Shown in pieces: positions 46,059 to 57,011 of a stretch of 64,000 bases of DNA (its first letter is position 1; each line of letters opens with the position of its first letter). The notes below the pieces were generated by a model. It ran no database searches and was not told where the DNA came from. It saw only the letters and a list, made by a program, of their open reading frames with translations. The stretch is taken from NCBI GenBank assembly GCA_964495085.1, contig CAZBUK010000011.1, positions 844 through 64,843 on the forward strand, in the 5' to 3' direction. Position numbers and translations under genes: made by a program. This DNA is from an uncultured Ignavibacteriales bacterium (GTDB lineage Bacteria; Bacteroidota; Ignavibacteria; T3Sed10-11).

Positions 46059-47684
46059 ATGAATCGTCGTACAATCATCCTGTCTCGAAGTCGATTGCTG
46101 CGTACCGTTCTTACCGGCTTCCTGATGTCTGCGTCGGTCACGGCATCGTCGCAGGTTTTTATTCCGGATTTTCCCGCGAACGACGCGGAGCACAACACCA
46201 ACGGTCTCTGGCGTCCGAGAATTGCCGCCGCAGCGGACGGGAACTTCTCGATCGCATGGGAGGATTACAGCGACCGGCCGGGGATACACCCCAACAGCAC
46301 CGGCCGGTCACAGATTGCAGTACGGCGTTTCTTGCCGGATGGTAGTCCGCATGGTCCGCTCAGTTTTTTCCAGGGAGAGAGCAGCACTCTTTCGCTCTGG
46401 CTGTTCGACTTCCTCGAGCACGCGGAGATCAAATATCTCGGCGACGGAACGCTCGTACTGTTGATGCAGCATACCGGCAGATTGTCGATCGGAACCGACG
46501 ATGTGGCATCGTCGGAAATAACGCTGGGTGCGATCGATCCGGAAGGTCAGATCATCAAATTGTCTCAATTCGGCTCGAACCTACAATACCCGTTGATATT
46601 TACCTCGTCGAGCCGCCAGTATAATCCGAGGCTCGCACTCACGCCCGACAATGTCATAGTCGCCGCTCTCGAAGAATCCTCCTACGACAGCGAATTCCGG
46701 AACGCCGCGTTTCGGGCGCTCGACGCATCGTTAAACGAGCTCATTACCCGGGAGATTCCGCACAGCGACGGTGTCGGAGAGGCGCCGCATATACTGGCGG
46801 ATGTCGCAACCAACGGACAATTGTTCGCCGTTGTTTGGCAGGACGGAAGGTTCAGCGACCAGTGGAGTGTCGGGATTCAGTTCTATACGGACGACGGGAT
46901 TCTGGGTGCGAATCGCAGGATAAACGAAACCGAGCCCGGAACCGCATATGCTCTCCGGCCGAGCGTCGCGATGAATGGGTCCGGGCGCTCGGTCGCGGTC
47001 TGGTTCGACTCTCGAAACGGCAATCAGCTCTTCGGGCAGATTTTCGATTCCGCAGGTGAACCTGCCGGCGGTAACTTCCAGATATCGGATACACCGGCAG
47101 GGGGAGATATATATTTCCGACCTGAAGTAACGATTCGCGACGACGGCAGCTTCATGGTAGTCTGGACTGACAGCACCTCCGTTCAACACGCATTCCGTGC
47201 ACGCGGAAGACAATTCGACCCTCACGGAATACCCCGAGGCGATCCGTTCCTCATTCCGGATATAGACGTATATTCCGGTTACCCGCACGTTGCCACCGAC
47301 GGCGCTGCATATTACTGCGTCTGGCTTGACGATCGACTCGGCATGAACCACGTTAATGCGTATGCGAAGAAAGTCGACGCGGTTATCACCTATGCTGCGA
47401 ACGAGCGATCCACGATGCCCGATTCTTTCGTACTCCATCCTCCTTATCCCAATCCCTTCAATCCGGAGACCACGGTCACGTTCGAGATCCCCGAAGAGGG
47501 CCGCGTCAGGTTATCCGTCCACGATCTTCTCGGGAGGAACGTAATGGATCTCACCGATTCGTATTATCAGGCGGGATTGCATTCGGTATTGTTCTCCGGC
47601 TCGAGACTCTCAAGCGGGATCTATGTGCTGCGGCTGGAATTCGGACCCTTCGCCGAAACAAGATCCGTGTTTTTGATCAAGTAG
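46059..47684 (+). CDS. T9SS-sorted protein with six ~55-aa beta-propeller-like repeats (hypothetical)
   Basis: Signal peptide. Repeated P.vA..g.G.f.vvW.D..(G).lfGq.F pattern (e.g. GNFSIAWEDYS, QLFAVVWQDGR, RSVAVWFDSRNGNQLFGQIFD, SFMVVWTDST, AYYCVWLDDR). The C-terminus PYPNPFNPETTVTFEIPEEGRVRLSVHDLLGRNV..GIYVLRLE is a T9SS CTD. Confidence 0.7.
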   Translation: MNRRTIILSRSRLLRTVLTGFLMSASVTASSQVFIPDFPANDAEHNTNGLWRPRIAAAADGNFSIAWEDYSDRPGIHPNSTGRSQIAVRRFLPDGSPHGPLSFFQGESSTLSLWLFDFLEHAEIKYLGDGTLVLLMQHTGRLSIGTDDVASSEITLGAIDPEGQIIKLSQFGSNLQYPLIFTSSSRQYNPRLALTPDNVIVAALEESSYDSEFRNAAFRALDASLNELITREIPHSDGVGEAPHILADVATNGQLFAVVWQDGRFSDQWSVGIQFYTDDGILGANRRINETEPGTAYALRPSVAMNGSGRSVAVWFDSRNGNQLFGQIFDSAGEPAGGNFQISDTPAGGDIYFRPEVTIRDDGSFMVVWTDSTSVQHAFRARGRQFDPHGIPRGDPFLIPDIDVYSGYPHVATDGAAYYCVWLDDRLGMNHVNAYAKKVDAVITYAANERSTMPDSFVLHPPYPNPFNPETTVTFEIPEEGRVRLSVHDLLGRNVMDLTDSYYQAGLHSVLFSGSRLSSGIYVLRLEFGPFAETRSVFLIK

Positions 47685-47752
47685 TTCACGCCATCTCTAC
47701 CAGCGAGATCGGAGATTGAATTCTTCATGGAACCGCCAAGGAATGAGATCCA

Positions 47753-50674
47753 TTGAAACGTAACTTCCCGATCGGAGCGGCTCTGCTGCTCGTCTTCATC
47801 ATCGTCAGGATGGAGGGCCAGACATATCCGTTCAAACTGTTTACCGTGGATGAGGGATTACCTCAATCAACCGTATATGCAGTATTTCAGGATTCGAGGG
47901 GGTATATCTGGACCGGTACGCAGGGCGGACTATCGCGATTCGACGGACTCGGCTTCACCACATACACGACCGCTGACGGATTGACGAACGATCGGGTTCT
48001 CCACATTTCCGAAGACCGGTACGGTCATATTTGGATCGGGACGAACGACGGCGTCGCCCGATTCGATGGAAACGGCTATGAAGGATATTCCAACGGCATC
48101 GGATCCGTCTTCTCCATTCTGTCGATCGAATCGGGAGCAGTACTGATCGGCTCGGCGGAGGGAGTTGCGGTACTTCCGCACGGCGTTCTCGATACAATCA
48201 TCTTCATACCGGAAATATCTTCTCCCGTTTATTCGCTCTACGGACTAAATGACGGACGAATCCTTGCAGGAACAGGACATGGATTGTTCGGAATAACTAT
48301 CGACGATGGGTTCTCGGTATCGATCGATACACTACAGGTGTCCGGACCGGTAATGTGCATAGCGGAGGACGGCGAGGGAAGGATCTGGGCGGGTACCGAC
48401 GGCGAAGGCGTTGCGGTACTCGAAGGAGACCGGGTGAGCAGACTTACCGTCGAAGACGGTCTTGGAAATAATAAGATCTTTTCGATGCTTGTCGATACTT
48501 CGGACAGGGTATGGGTGGGCTCGTACGGCAGAGGAGCGAATGAAATCGTCGGAAAAGCGGTTGTCGGAAGTTACCTGACGGCGCAGGGGCTCCCGAGCAA
48601 TGTCGTAAGATCGATCATACAGGATCGCGAAGGGAATATCTGGTTTGCTACGTACGGCGGGCTGGCGATGCTCAGACATACCGGGTTGAATTACTTCGAT
48701 ACCTCGCAGGGATTCACAAACGCCATAGTTATGGCGATAATGCGCGACAGGTCGGCAACCCTTTGGATCGGCACGTATGGCGGTGGAATCACCAGGCTGC
48801 ATGGCGATGCGGCGATACCGTTTAAAACCGAACATGGACTTTCGCACAACGTCGTGCGGTCGATGCTCGAGGACAGTAAGGGTCGGATCTGGATCGGCAC
48901 ACATCGCGGAGTGACCATGCTGGACGGTGAATCGATGCGTCGCTATACAGTCCGCGACGGGCTCCCGGGGGATGTTATTCTCTCCATCGCAGAGGACCGG
49001 GGGGGAAGGATCTGGTTCGGAACGTTCGGAACGGGTTTGGCATATCTTGCGGGAGGTACATTTTCATCTTTCACGGTTAAAAACGGGCTCGGGCATAACA
49101 CGGTTCGCACGATTCGGGAAGATGCCCTCGGCAGGATATGGATCGGTACCGACAACGGTTTGACGAAATTTGAAGACGGTTCCTTTACGAATTATACCGC
49201 CGAACATGGACTCATCCACAATACGATCCGTTCCCTTTCGACCGGCCGCGACGGTTCGCTATGGATTGCTACCGACGGCGGAGGCGTCGCGATACTGCGG
49301 GATGATAAGTTTTCATCACTGACCGTTCAGGACGGACTTACGAATAATGTCTGTTTCCTGATCATACATGACTGGGATGACAAGGTCTGGGTCGGAACGA
49401 ACAGGGGACTCAATAAAATAAGTTTCGATCCCTCCGGGAAGCTGCCGGCGGACATAACGACGATTTCGATGCGCGACGGACTTCCATCGAACGAATTCAA
49501 CACGGGCGCCGCACATCTCGACGATGACGGAACCCTCTGGTTTGGCACCGTTGCCGGTCTTGTGAAGGTCGGCCGGGATTTCACAGCCGGCACCTCTATT
49601 CCCCCGGCTATCCAGTTGACGAAAGTGAAGGTATTCGAACAAGATCAGGTCCTCGATGCTCCGCTCAGATTCTCCCACGATGAGAATTATCTTAAATTCG
49701 AATATGCGGGATTATTCTATTCCTCCCCCGAAGAGGTCGAGTATAGATACAGATTGTCGGGCCTCGATACGGATTGGCAGCTCTCATCGGTTCGCAGCGT
49801 CCAGTATACCTCATTGCCGCCGGGCCGCTATACGTTCGAGGTGACTGCACGGAGCGTAAGGAGCGAATGGAATCCCAGTCCTGCGGTTGTGCACTTTCGT
49901 ATTGTACCCCCGTATTGGTCAACATGGTGGTTCCGGATAATTTCGCTGACCTTGATCGTAGCGATGATCGGGGTTCTATATACCCGGCGTATACGGAAAT
50001 TAACGAGAGAACGGCTTGAACGCGAGGAGTTTTCCAGACGGTTGATTGATTCCCAGGAGCAGGAACGGAAACGGATAGCGGGAGAACTTCACGACAGCCT
50101 GGGACAGAATCTGCTTATCATAAAGAATAGAGCGCTGATGGGGCTGCACCCGCCCGCCTCCGAGAATGCTCCGGGTCAGCTAGAATATATCTCCGATATT
50201 GCGTCGCAGGCGATACACGAAGTGAGGGAAATATCGTACAACTTGCATCCGTATCAGCTTGAGCGGCTCGGTCTCAAAGAGGCAATAGATTCAGCGACCC
50301 GGAAGATTGCATCGGCATCCCGGATCAGATTTCAGACTTCGCTCGATGAATTGAACGGGAAATTTTCGCGTGAAGTTGATCTGAATATCTATCGGATCGT
50401 GCAGGAATGCTTGAACAACATAGTGAAGCATTCCGGCGCGGATGAAGTGACGATGACTGTGAATATGGCAGGCGGTTTGCTCGAGATCCGGATATCGGAT
50501 AACGGGTGTGGATTTTCCAAGAGGAAGTACGCCGCATTGCCGCACGGGGACGGCACGGGATTGGGACTAAAGAGTATCGCGGAACGGGTAAGGATCATTG
50601 ATGCCGCGTTCGATATTCAATCCGAGCCGGATAAGGGGACGACGGTGACGGTGAGTATTCCCGTTCGACCATGA
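47753..50674 (+). CDS. Sensor histidine kinase with periplasmic two-component-regulator propeller (Reg_prop) repeats, Y_Y_Y domain, TM helix and HisKA_3 + HATPase_c
   Basis: Signal peptide. Many G.L.RFDG..F..YT..DGL repeats. TM (WWFRIISLTLIVAMIGVLY). H-box ELHDSLGQNL (HisKA_3, the family that partners NarL/LuxR regulators). ATP-binding GTGLGLKSIAERV. Confidence 0.85.
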   Translation: MKRNFPIGAALLLVFIIVRMEGQTYPFKLFTVDEGLPQSTVYAVFQDSRGYIWTGTQGGLSRFDGLGFTTYTTADGLTNDRVLHISEDRYGHIWIGTNDGVARFDGNGYEGYSNGIGSVFSILSIESGAVLIGSAEGVAVLPHGVLDTIIFIPEISSPVYSLYGLNDGRILAGTGHGLFGITIDDGFSVSIDTLQVSGPVMCIAEDGEGRIWAGTDGEGVAVLEGDRVSRLTVEDGLGNNKIFSMLVDTSDRVWVGSYGRGANEIVGKAVVGSYLTAQGLPSNVVRSIIQDREGNIWFATYGGLAMLRHTGLNYFDTSQGFTNAIVMAIMRDRSATLWIGTYGGGITRLHGDAAIPFKTEHGLSHNVVRSMLEDSKGRIWIGTHRGVTMLDGESMRRYTVRDGLPGDVILSIAEDRGGRIWFGTFGTGLAYLAGGTFSSFTVKNGLGHNTVRTIREDALGRIWIGTDNGLTKFEDGSFTNYTAEHGLIHNTIRSLSTGRDGSLWIATDGGGVAILRDDKFSSLTVQDGLTNNVCFLIIHDWDDKVWVGTNRGLNKISFDPSGKLPADITTISMRDGLPSNEFNTGAAHLDDDGTLWFGTVAGLVKVGRDFTAGTSIPPAIQLTKVKVFEQDQVLDAPLRFSHDENYLKFEYAGLFYSSPEEVEYRYRLSGLDTDWQLSSVRSVQYTSLPPGRYTFEVTARSVRSEWNPSPAVVHFRIVPPYWSTWWFRIISLTLIVAMIGVLYTRRIRKLTRERLEREEFSRRLIDSQEQERKRIAGELHDSLGQNLLIIKNRALMGLHPPASENAPGQLEYISDIASQAIHEVREISYNLHPYQLERLGLKEAIDSATRKIASASRIRFQTSLDELNGKFSREVDLNIYRIVQECLNNIVKHSGADEVTMTVNMAGGLLEIRISDNGCGFSKRKYAALPHGDGTGLGLKSIAERVRIIDAAFDIQSEPDKGTTVTVSIPVRP

Positions 50675-50800
50675 ACTCGTCCATCGACGGATACTGAAGT
50701 TTTTTCGCCGCAGGGTTGCCCGCGCTCAGTTAGTCGGAATCGAGCGGAGTACAAATGTAAGTCGGCATCTGACGTGAAGAACGAGATTCGATCCGGCGCA

Positions 50801-52324
<1,524 letters not shown>

Positions 52325-52357
52325 TCATTCGTATGTTGACTGAAAAAATTTGTCACG

Positions 52358-53053
52358 GTGAACAGCAATGCAGGTACCGATCCTATGATTCCGATCAGAG
52401 ACAGTATTCGAAGCAGTACATTTCCGATCATCACGCTGCTCATAATCGCGGTTAATCTCATCGTCTTTCTGTATCAGATATTCTATCATGGGGATCTCGG
52501 TCCGATGATCGGGCGATATGCGGCGGTACCTTCGGAAATAACGAAAGCGCTTGCCGATCCGATGGCGGCGCCGTTAACATTCGCTACGCTCATCACATCG
52601 TTATTTTTGCACGGCGGACTGTTCCACCTTGCCGGCAATATGCTCTACTTATGGGTATTCGGCGATAATATCGAAGACAGGATGGGCCGCATAAGATTTC
52701 TCTTTTTTTATTTACTCTGCGGTGTTATCGCAACCGCGACACATATCTATTTCAACTCCGATTCTTCGACGCCGCTCGTCGGAGCGAGCGGAGCGATCGC
52801 AGGTGTGCTCGGCGCTTATTTGCTGCTCTATCCGTTTGCGCGGGTCCAGATCGTCGTACCCCTCTTTCTCATCTTTCCCATAGTCCGAATCCCGGCGCTA
52901 TTTTTCCTGGGAGGATGGTTTGCAATGCAGGTGATCAGCGGATATGCCTCGCACACAGATGAGATAGCGGGCGGCACTGCGTGGTGGGCGCATGCAGGCG
53001 GATTTCTTGCGGGAGTTTTATTGGTCGGTCTCTTTGCAATGAAACGGAAATGA
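52358..53053 (+). CDS. Rhomboid-family intramembrane serine protease
   Basis: 6-TM protein with HLAGNMLYLWVFG, catalytic GASGAIAGVLGAY (Ser) and AHAGGFLAGVL (His). An alternative start is Met10 (52385). Confidence 0.85.
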   Translation: MNSNAGTDPMIPIRDSIRSSTFPIITLLIIAVNLIVFLYQIFYHGDLGPMIGRYAAVPSEITKALADPMAAPLTFATLITSLFLHGGLFHLAGNMLYLWVFGDNIEDRMGRIRFLFFYLLCGVIATATHIYFNSDSSTPLVGASGAIAGVLGAYLLLYPFARVQIVVPLFLIFPIVRIPALFFLGGWFAMQVISGYASHTDEIAGGTAWWAHAGGFLAGVLLVGLFAMKRK

Positions 53054-53115
53054 TTTCACGCGATGCCGGGTGCCGGCGGAGCAGGTGTAAGCGGGACTCC
53101 TGGTGAAGTTGCCCG

Positions 53116-53697
53116 TTATTTCCTTATCCAGCTCTCGTAGAGCGACCGGTATTCATCATCGGTGAGTTTCGGCGCCCGGTAGGCTCCCTGCAGCAACCGC
53201 TGGCGCAGGCATTCGAAAAGAATGATCGCCCCCGCGACCGACACGTTCAGGCTCTCGAGCATGCCGAACATCGGAATCCGCAGCATGCCGTCGGCTTTTT
53301 CGGCGGCTTCATCCGAAACGCCCCGGTTCTCGTTTCCGAGCACGAATGCGATTTTTTTCGTCAGATCGAATTCGTAGAGCGATTGTGCATGGTCGCCGGT
53401 CATCGTCGCGAGAATCGTGAAGCCGTTCTGACGCAGCTCTTCGTAGCATGTATCGATGTCGGTAAATTTTTTGCGCGAAATCCATTTGATCGCGCTCGCC
53501 GAGCTCTTTTTCCCGAGCTTCGGGAATGTATCTTCGTTGTAGACGAGATAGACGCCGAGCACCCCGACCGCGTCGCAGGTACGCAGCACCGCACTGACAT
53601 TATGAGGATCGTGGAGGTTTTCAAAGACGACGGTGAGATCCGGTTGACGATGACGCAGAACGTTTTCAGTTTTTCTGGATCGCCGATCCGTTCGCAT
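53116..53697 (-). CDS. SpoU/TrmH-family RNA 2'-O-methyltransferase
   Basis: SPOUT motifs (VVFENLHDPHNVSAVLRTCDAVGV, FVLGNENRGVS, LESLNVSVAGAIILFE). Confidence 0.8.
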   Translation of the reverse strand: MRTDRRSRKTENVLRHRQPDLTVVFENLHDPHNVSAVLRTCDAVGVLGVYLVYNEDTFPKLGKKSSASAIKWISRKKFTDIDTCYEELRQNGFTILATMTGDHAQSLYEFDLTKKIAFVLGNENRGVSDEAAEKADGMLRIPMFGMLESLNVSVAGAIILFECLRQRLLQGAYRAPKLTDDEYRSLYESWIRK

Positions 53698-53926
53698 AGC
53701 TGTTCAGGTTTCGTCCGCTGTTCGATTGCTTGATTCTGATAAAGCAGTTTATTAAATTTATCCGTATTTGTCAATCGGAAAAGCCGTATCCCATATTCCG
53801 TACGACGACGAAACAGAGTGGCCCGATATACCCGACTGATCATACCTTGTTTATTATGCGTGCTCGGTTCCCATTCGCCCTATCCCGTTCAATTCCAATA
53901 ATCCGATATCGAAAGGAAGCGAATAA

Positions 53927-56257
53927 ATGATTACTGTTGTATCGGTTATCTTTATTCCATTCCTGTTCTCGCTCCTGACACCCGTTGTGCATAGATTCCT
54001 CGGCAACCGGATAGGTCTCTGGGGCATATCGGGCGCAGCCGCATCGTTCGCCGGAGTACTGCTGCTGGCCCGGGATGTAAACGGCGGCAGTCCGCTTTAT
54101 TATATAATCGAATGGGCTCCGGCATTCGGTCTCTCCTTCGGATTCTATGTCGATGGGTTGAGCTGGCTCTTCGCCTTGATCATCTCGGGAATCGGAGTTC
54201 TCGTTACCATATACGCATATTTCTACCTTCATAAGCCCGACCCGTTCGCCCGGTTCTTCTCGTACATTCTCTTTTTCATGGGTTCGATGCTCGGTCTGGT
54301 AATGTCCTCTAATCTCGTCCTGTTGATGATCTTCTGGGAACTGACCACGATCAGCTCGTTCCTGCTCATCGGCTATTGGCACAAAACTGAAAAGGCAAGA
54401 TACGGGGCCGTCAAGTCGATCCTGATTACCGCAATGGGGGGACTCGCGATGCTCGGCGGCATAGTTCTCCTGACCGTTATAGCCGGGACCTCGGAGATAC
54501 CGGAACTTATTAAAATGTCGGCATTCATCCAGGAGCATTCGCTCTTCGTTCCGGTGTTGCTCTTGCTTATGCTCGGTGCATTCAGCAAATCCGCTCAAAC
54601 GCCGTTCCATCTCTGGCTTCCCGACGCGATGGAAGCGCCGACGCCGGTGAGCGCATATCTTCACTCCGCTACGATGGTCAAGGCCGGAGTTTTTCTGATT
54701 GCACGTCTTCATCCCGTTTTCTCCGGGAGGGTGGAGTGGACGATGCTTGTCGCATCGGTCGGATTGATCACTATGGTCCTTGCCGGATATTGGGCGCTCA
54801 GGAAGGTCGATCTGAAAGCGATCCTGGCGTATTCGACGGTGAGTCAGCTCGGTCTGATGATTATGGCGCTCGGTTTTGGCGACGTACTCGGGGCCAAGGC
54901 AACCTCGCTTCATATCCTCAATCATGCCGCATTCAAGGCGACGCTCTTTCTGGTCGTCGGCATAATCGATCACGAAACGGGAACGAGAGACATAACGGTC
55001 CTCAGAGGTCTGCGTAAACGCATGCCGTGGACGGCCGTGCTTGCGGGGATAGGGGCGTTCGCATCCGCCGGTATTCCGTTGTTCAATGGATTCGTGAGCA
55101 AGGAACTGATATTTGAGTCCGCGTACGATCAGATTGGCGTAGCCCCATGGATGGTGGTGTTTCCCGTGCTCGCCGTTCTCGGCGGCGTTCTGACTTTCGT
55201 TTATTCGATGAAAATATTTTTCGGCGTATTTTTCGGCCTTGAAAATCCGGAACTTTCCGCGAAACCGCATGATCCGTCTTTCGGATTATTATTTTCACCT
55301 TCGGTGCTCGCAGTGATATCGGTATTGGTCGGTGTAATTCCGTTCGTCGCGGAAGGCATCGTCGGCGCATCTGCGGAGGCAATCCTGCAGCGCCCCGCCG
55401 ATCTGCATTTGACGCTCTGGCATGGTCTTACTCCCGCACTCGGAATGAGTGTCGTCACGGTTCTGCTCGGACTCCTCCTCTATTCACGCAAGTCCCTGCT
55501 TTCCGCTCTCCATTCGAAACCTCCCTTCGGTTTGACGGTGGACGCCATCTACGATTGGGGATATCCCAACTCGATGAAGGGAGCGGAGGCGTTCATGAAC
55601 GTATTCCAGAGCCGGAAGATTCGATATTACTTCATGTATATCATCGCTACGACGTTGCTCTTATCCGGATGGGTGCTTACCGGTGGCGGCGGTCTGGGAT
55701 TCAGTACAGGAGCGATCTGGCGCGCCGAAATATACGAATACCTGATAGCTGCCGGTTTCATCCTTGCGACGTTGGGAGTTGCATGGTTCAGAAGCAGATT
55801 GGCACGGGTATTATCGCTCGGCGTTATCGGCTACCTTCTCTGCGCGCTCTTCATTTTACTGCGCGCTCCCGATCTTGGCTTAACACAGCTGCTCGTCGAC
55901 AGCGTGACGGTGATACTCTTCATGCTGGTGGTGTATTTTCTGCCGAGATTCGCCGAGACGAGGGAGTCGATTCTCATCAAAGCGAGGGATGTGCTGATAT
56001 CCGTCATCACGGGACTTTTTTTCTCGGTGCTCGTACTCGCGGTCTATGCGAACCGATATTCCACAACCGTTGCCGAATATTTTCTGGAGAACAGCTATAA
56101 ACTGGCCGGCGGGAAGAATGTAGTCAACGTGATACTCGTCGACTTCCGTGGTTTCGATACGCTCGGCGAGATAATCGTACTCGGACTCGCCGGTCTCGGC
56201 GTCTTCGCTCTTGTTCGTCTCGGATCGAAGAAGAAAGAGAAGAGGAGAAGCGCATGA
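53927..56257 (+). CDS. mrpA: Na+/H+ (multisubunit cation/proton) antiporter subunit A, with fused MrpB-like C-terminal domain
   Basis: 776-aa NuoL/ND5-like polytopic protein (WLPDAMEAPTPVSAYLHSATMVKAGV..) with extra C-terminal TM helices. First gene of a 7-gene mrp operon with 4-nt overlaps. Confidence 0.88.
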   Translation: MITVVSVIFIPFLFSLLTPVVHRFLGNRIGLWGISGAAASFAGVLLLARDVNGGSPLYYIIEWAPAFGLSFGFYVDGLSWLFALIISGIGVLVTIYAYFYLHKPDPFARFFSYILFFMGSMLGLVMSSNLVLLMIFWELTTISSFLLIGYWHKTEKARYGAVKSILITAMGGLAMLGGIVLLTVIAGTSEIPELIKMSAFIQEHSLFVPVLLLLMLGAFSKSAQTPFHLWLPDAMEAPTPVSAYLHSATMVKAGVFLIARLHPVFSGRVEWTMLVASVGLITMVLAGYWALRKVDLKAILAYSTVSQLGLMIMALGFGDVLGAKATSLHILNHAAFKATLFLVVGIIDHETGTRDITVLRGLRKRMPWTAVLAGIGAFASAGIPLFNGFVSKELIFESAYDQIGVAPWMVVFPVLAVLGGVLTFVYSMKIFFGVFFGLENPELSAKPHDPSFGLLFSPSVLAVISVLVGVIPFVAEGIVGASAEAILQRPADLHLTLWHGLTPALGMSVVTVLLGLLLYSRKSLLSALHSKPPFGLTVDAIYDWGYPNSMKGAEAFMNVFQSRKIRYYFMYIIATTLLLSGWVLTGGGGLGFSTGAIWRAEIYEYLIAAGFILATLGVAWFRSRLARVLSLGVIGYLLCALFILLRAPDLGLTQLLVDSVTVILFMLVVYFLPRFAETRESILIKARDVLISVITGLFFSVLVLAVYANRYSTTVAEYFLENSYKLAGGKNVVNVILVDFRGFDTLGEIIVLGLAGLGVFALVRLGSKKKEKRRSA

Positions 56258-56673
56258 TCAGTCTGATCCTTGCACGCGTAACACGTGTCGTTTTTCACGT
56301 GATCCTGCTGTACTCGATATTTATACTCTTCAAAGGACATAATGAACCGGGAGGCGGGTTCATCGCCGGCTTGATGACGTCCGTTGCCTTCGTCCTCGTC
56401 TATATTGCTTTTAATATCGAGACCGTGGCGAGAACGATCCCGGTAAAATTTAAATATGTGATAGCCCTCGGTCTTCTGTTTGCAGTGGGAACGGGACTCG
56501 GGGCCGTTGTTATGGGTTATCCGTTCCTGAGCCATACCTATGGATACATCGAGCTTCCCCTGTTCGGCGAAGTGGAGATCGCGTCTTCGCTCGGGTTCGA
56601 CATAGGCGTCTATCTCGTCGTCGTGGGAGCCACGCTCCTCATAATCAGAATCCTGGGAGGCGAATCCCAATGA
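56254..56673 (+). CDS. mrpB: Cation/proton antiporter subunit B
   Basis: 139-aa 4-TM protein, operon position and MnhB-like sequence (GHNEPGGGFIAGL). Confidence 0.8.
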   Translation: MISLILARVTRVVFHVILLYSIFILFKGHNEPGGGFIAGLMTSVAFVLVYIAFNIETVARTIPVKFKYVIALGLLFAVGTGLGAVVMGYPFLSHTYGYIELPLFGEVEIASSLGFDIGVYLVVVGATLLIIRILGGESQ

Positions 56674-57011
56674 TCGCATTGTTAGCTTTGATGATAGGCG
56701 TTCTGATAGGCAGCGGTACATATTTAATTCTGAAGAAAATGGCATTTAAAGTCGTGTTGGGACTGGTGCTGTACGGGCAGGCGGCGAATCTTCTCATCAT
56801 CAGTATGGGGGGAATCCAGCTCGGCGATCCGCCGATCCTCTCGGGGCTATCTACGGATGCGTACACCGATCCGCTGGTACAGGCGCTCGTACTCACCGCA
56901 ATCGTCATTTCGTTCGGCGTTACCTCTTTTCTCCTGGCGCTCATATTGCGTGCGTATCAGACGCATGACTCAGATGAAGTAGATCTTTTCGATGCCGCAG
57001 ATGAGAAATAA
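56670..57011 (+). CDS. mrpC: Cation/proton antiporter subunit C (NuoK-like)
   Basis: 113-aa 3-TM NuoK/ND4L-like (VLGLVLYGQAANLLIISMG). Confidence 0.85.
   Translation: MIALLALMIGVLIGSGTYLILKKMAFKVVLGLVLYGQAANLLIISMGGIQLGDPPILSGLSTDAYTDPLVQALVLTAIVISFGVTSFLLALILRAYQTHDSDEVDLFDAADEK

Noticed and set aside
53840-55270. 476-aa minus-strand ORF antisense to mrpA (also 56095-56745 and 57538-58104 antisense to mrpA/B and mrpD)
   Set aside because: The plus strand encodes canonical polytopic Mrp subunits. The antisense translations are His/Arg/Glu-rich low-complexity junk.
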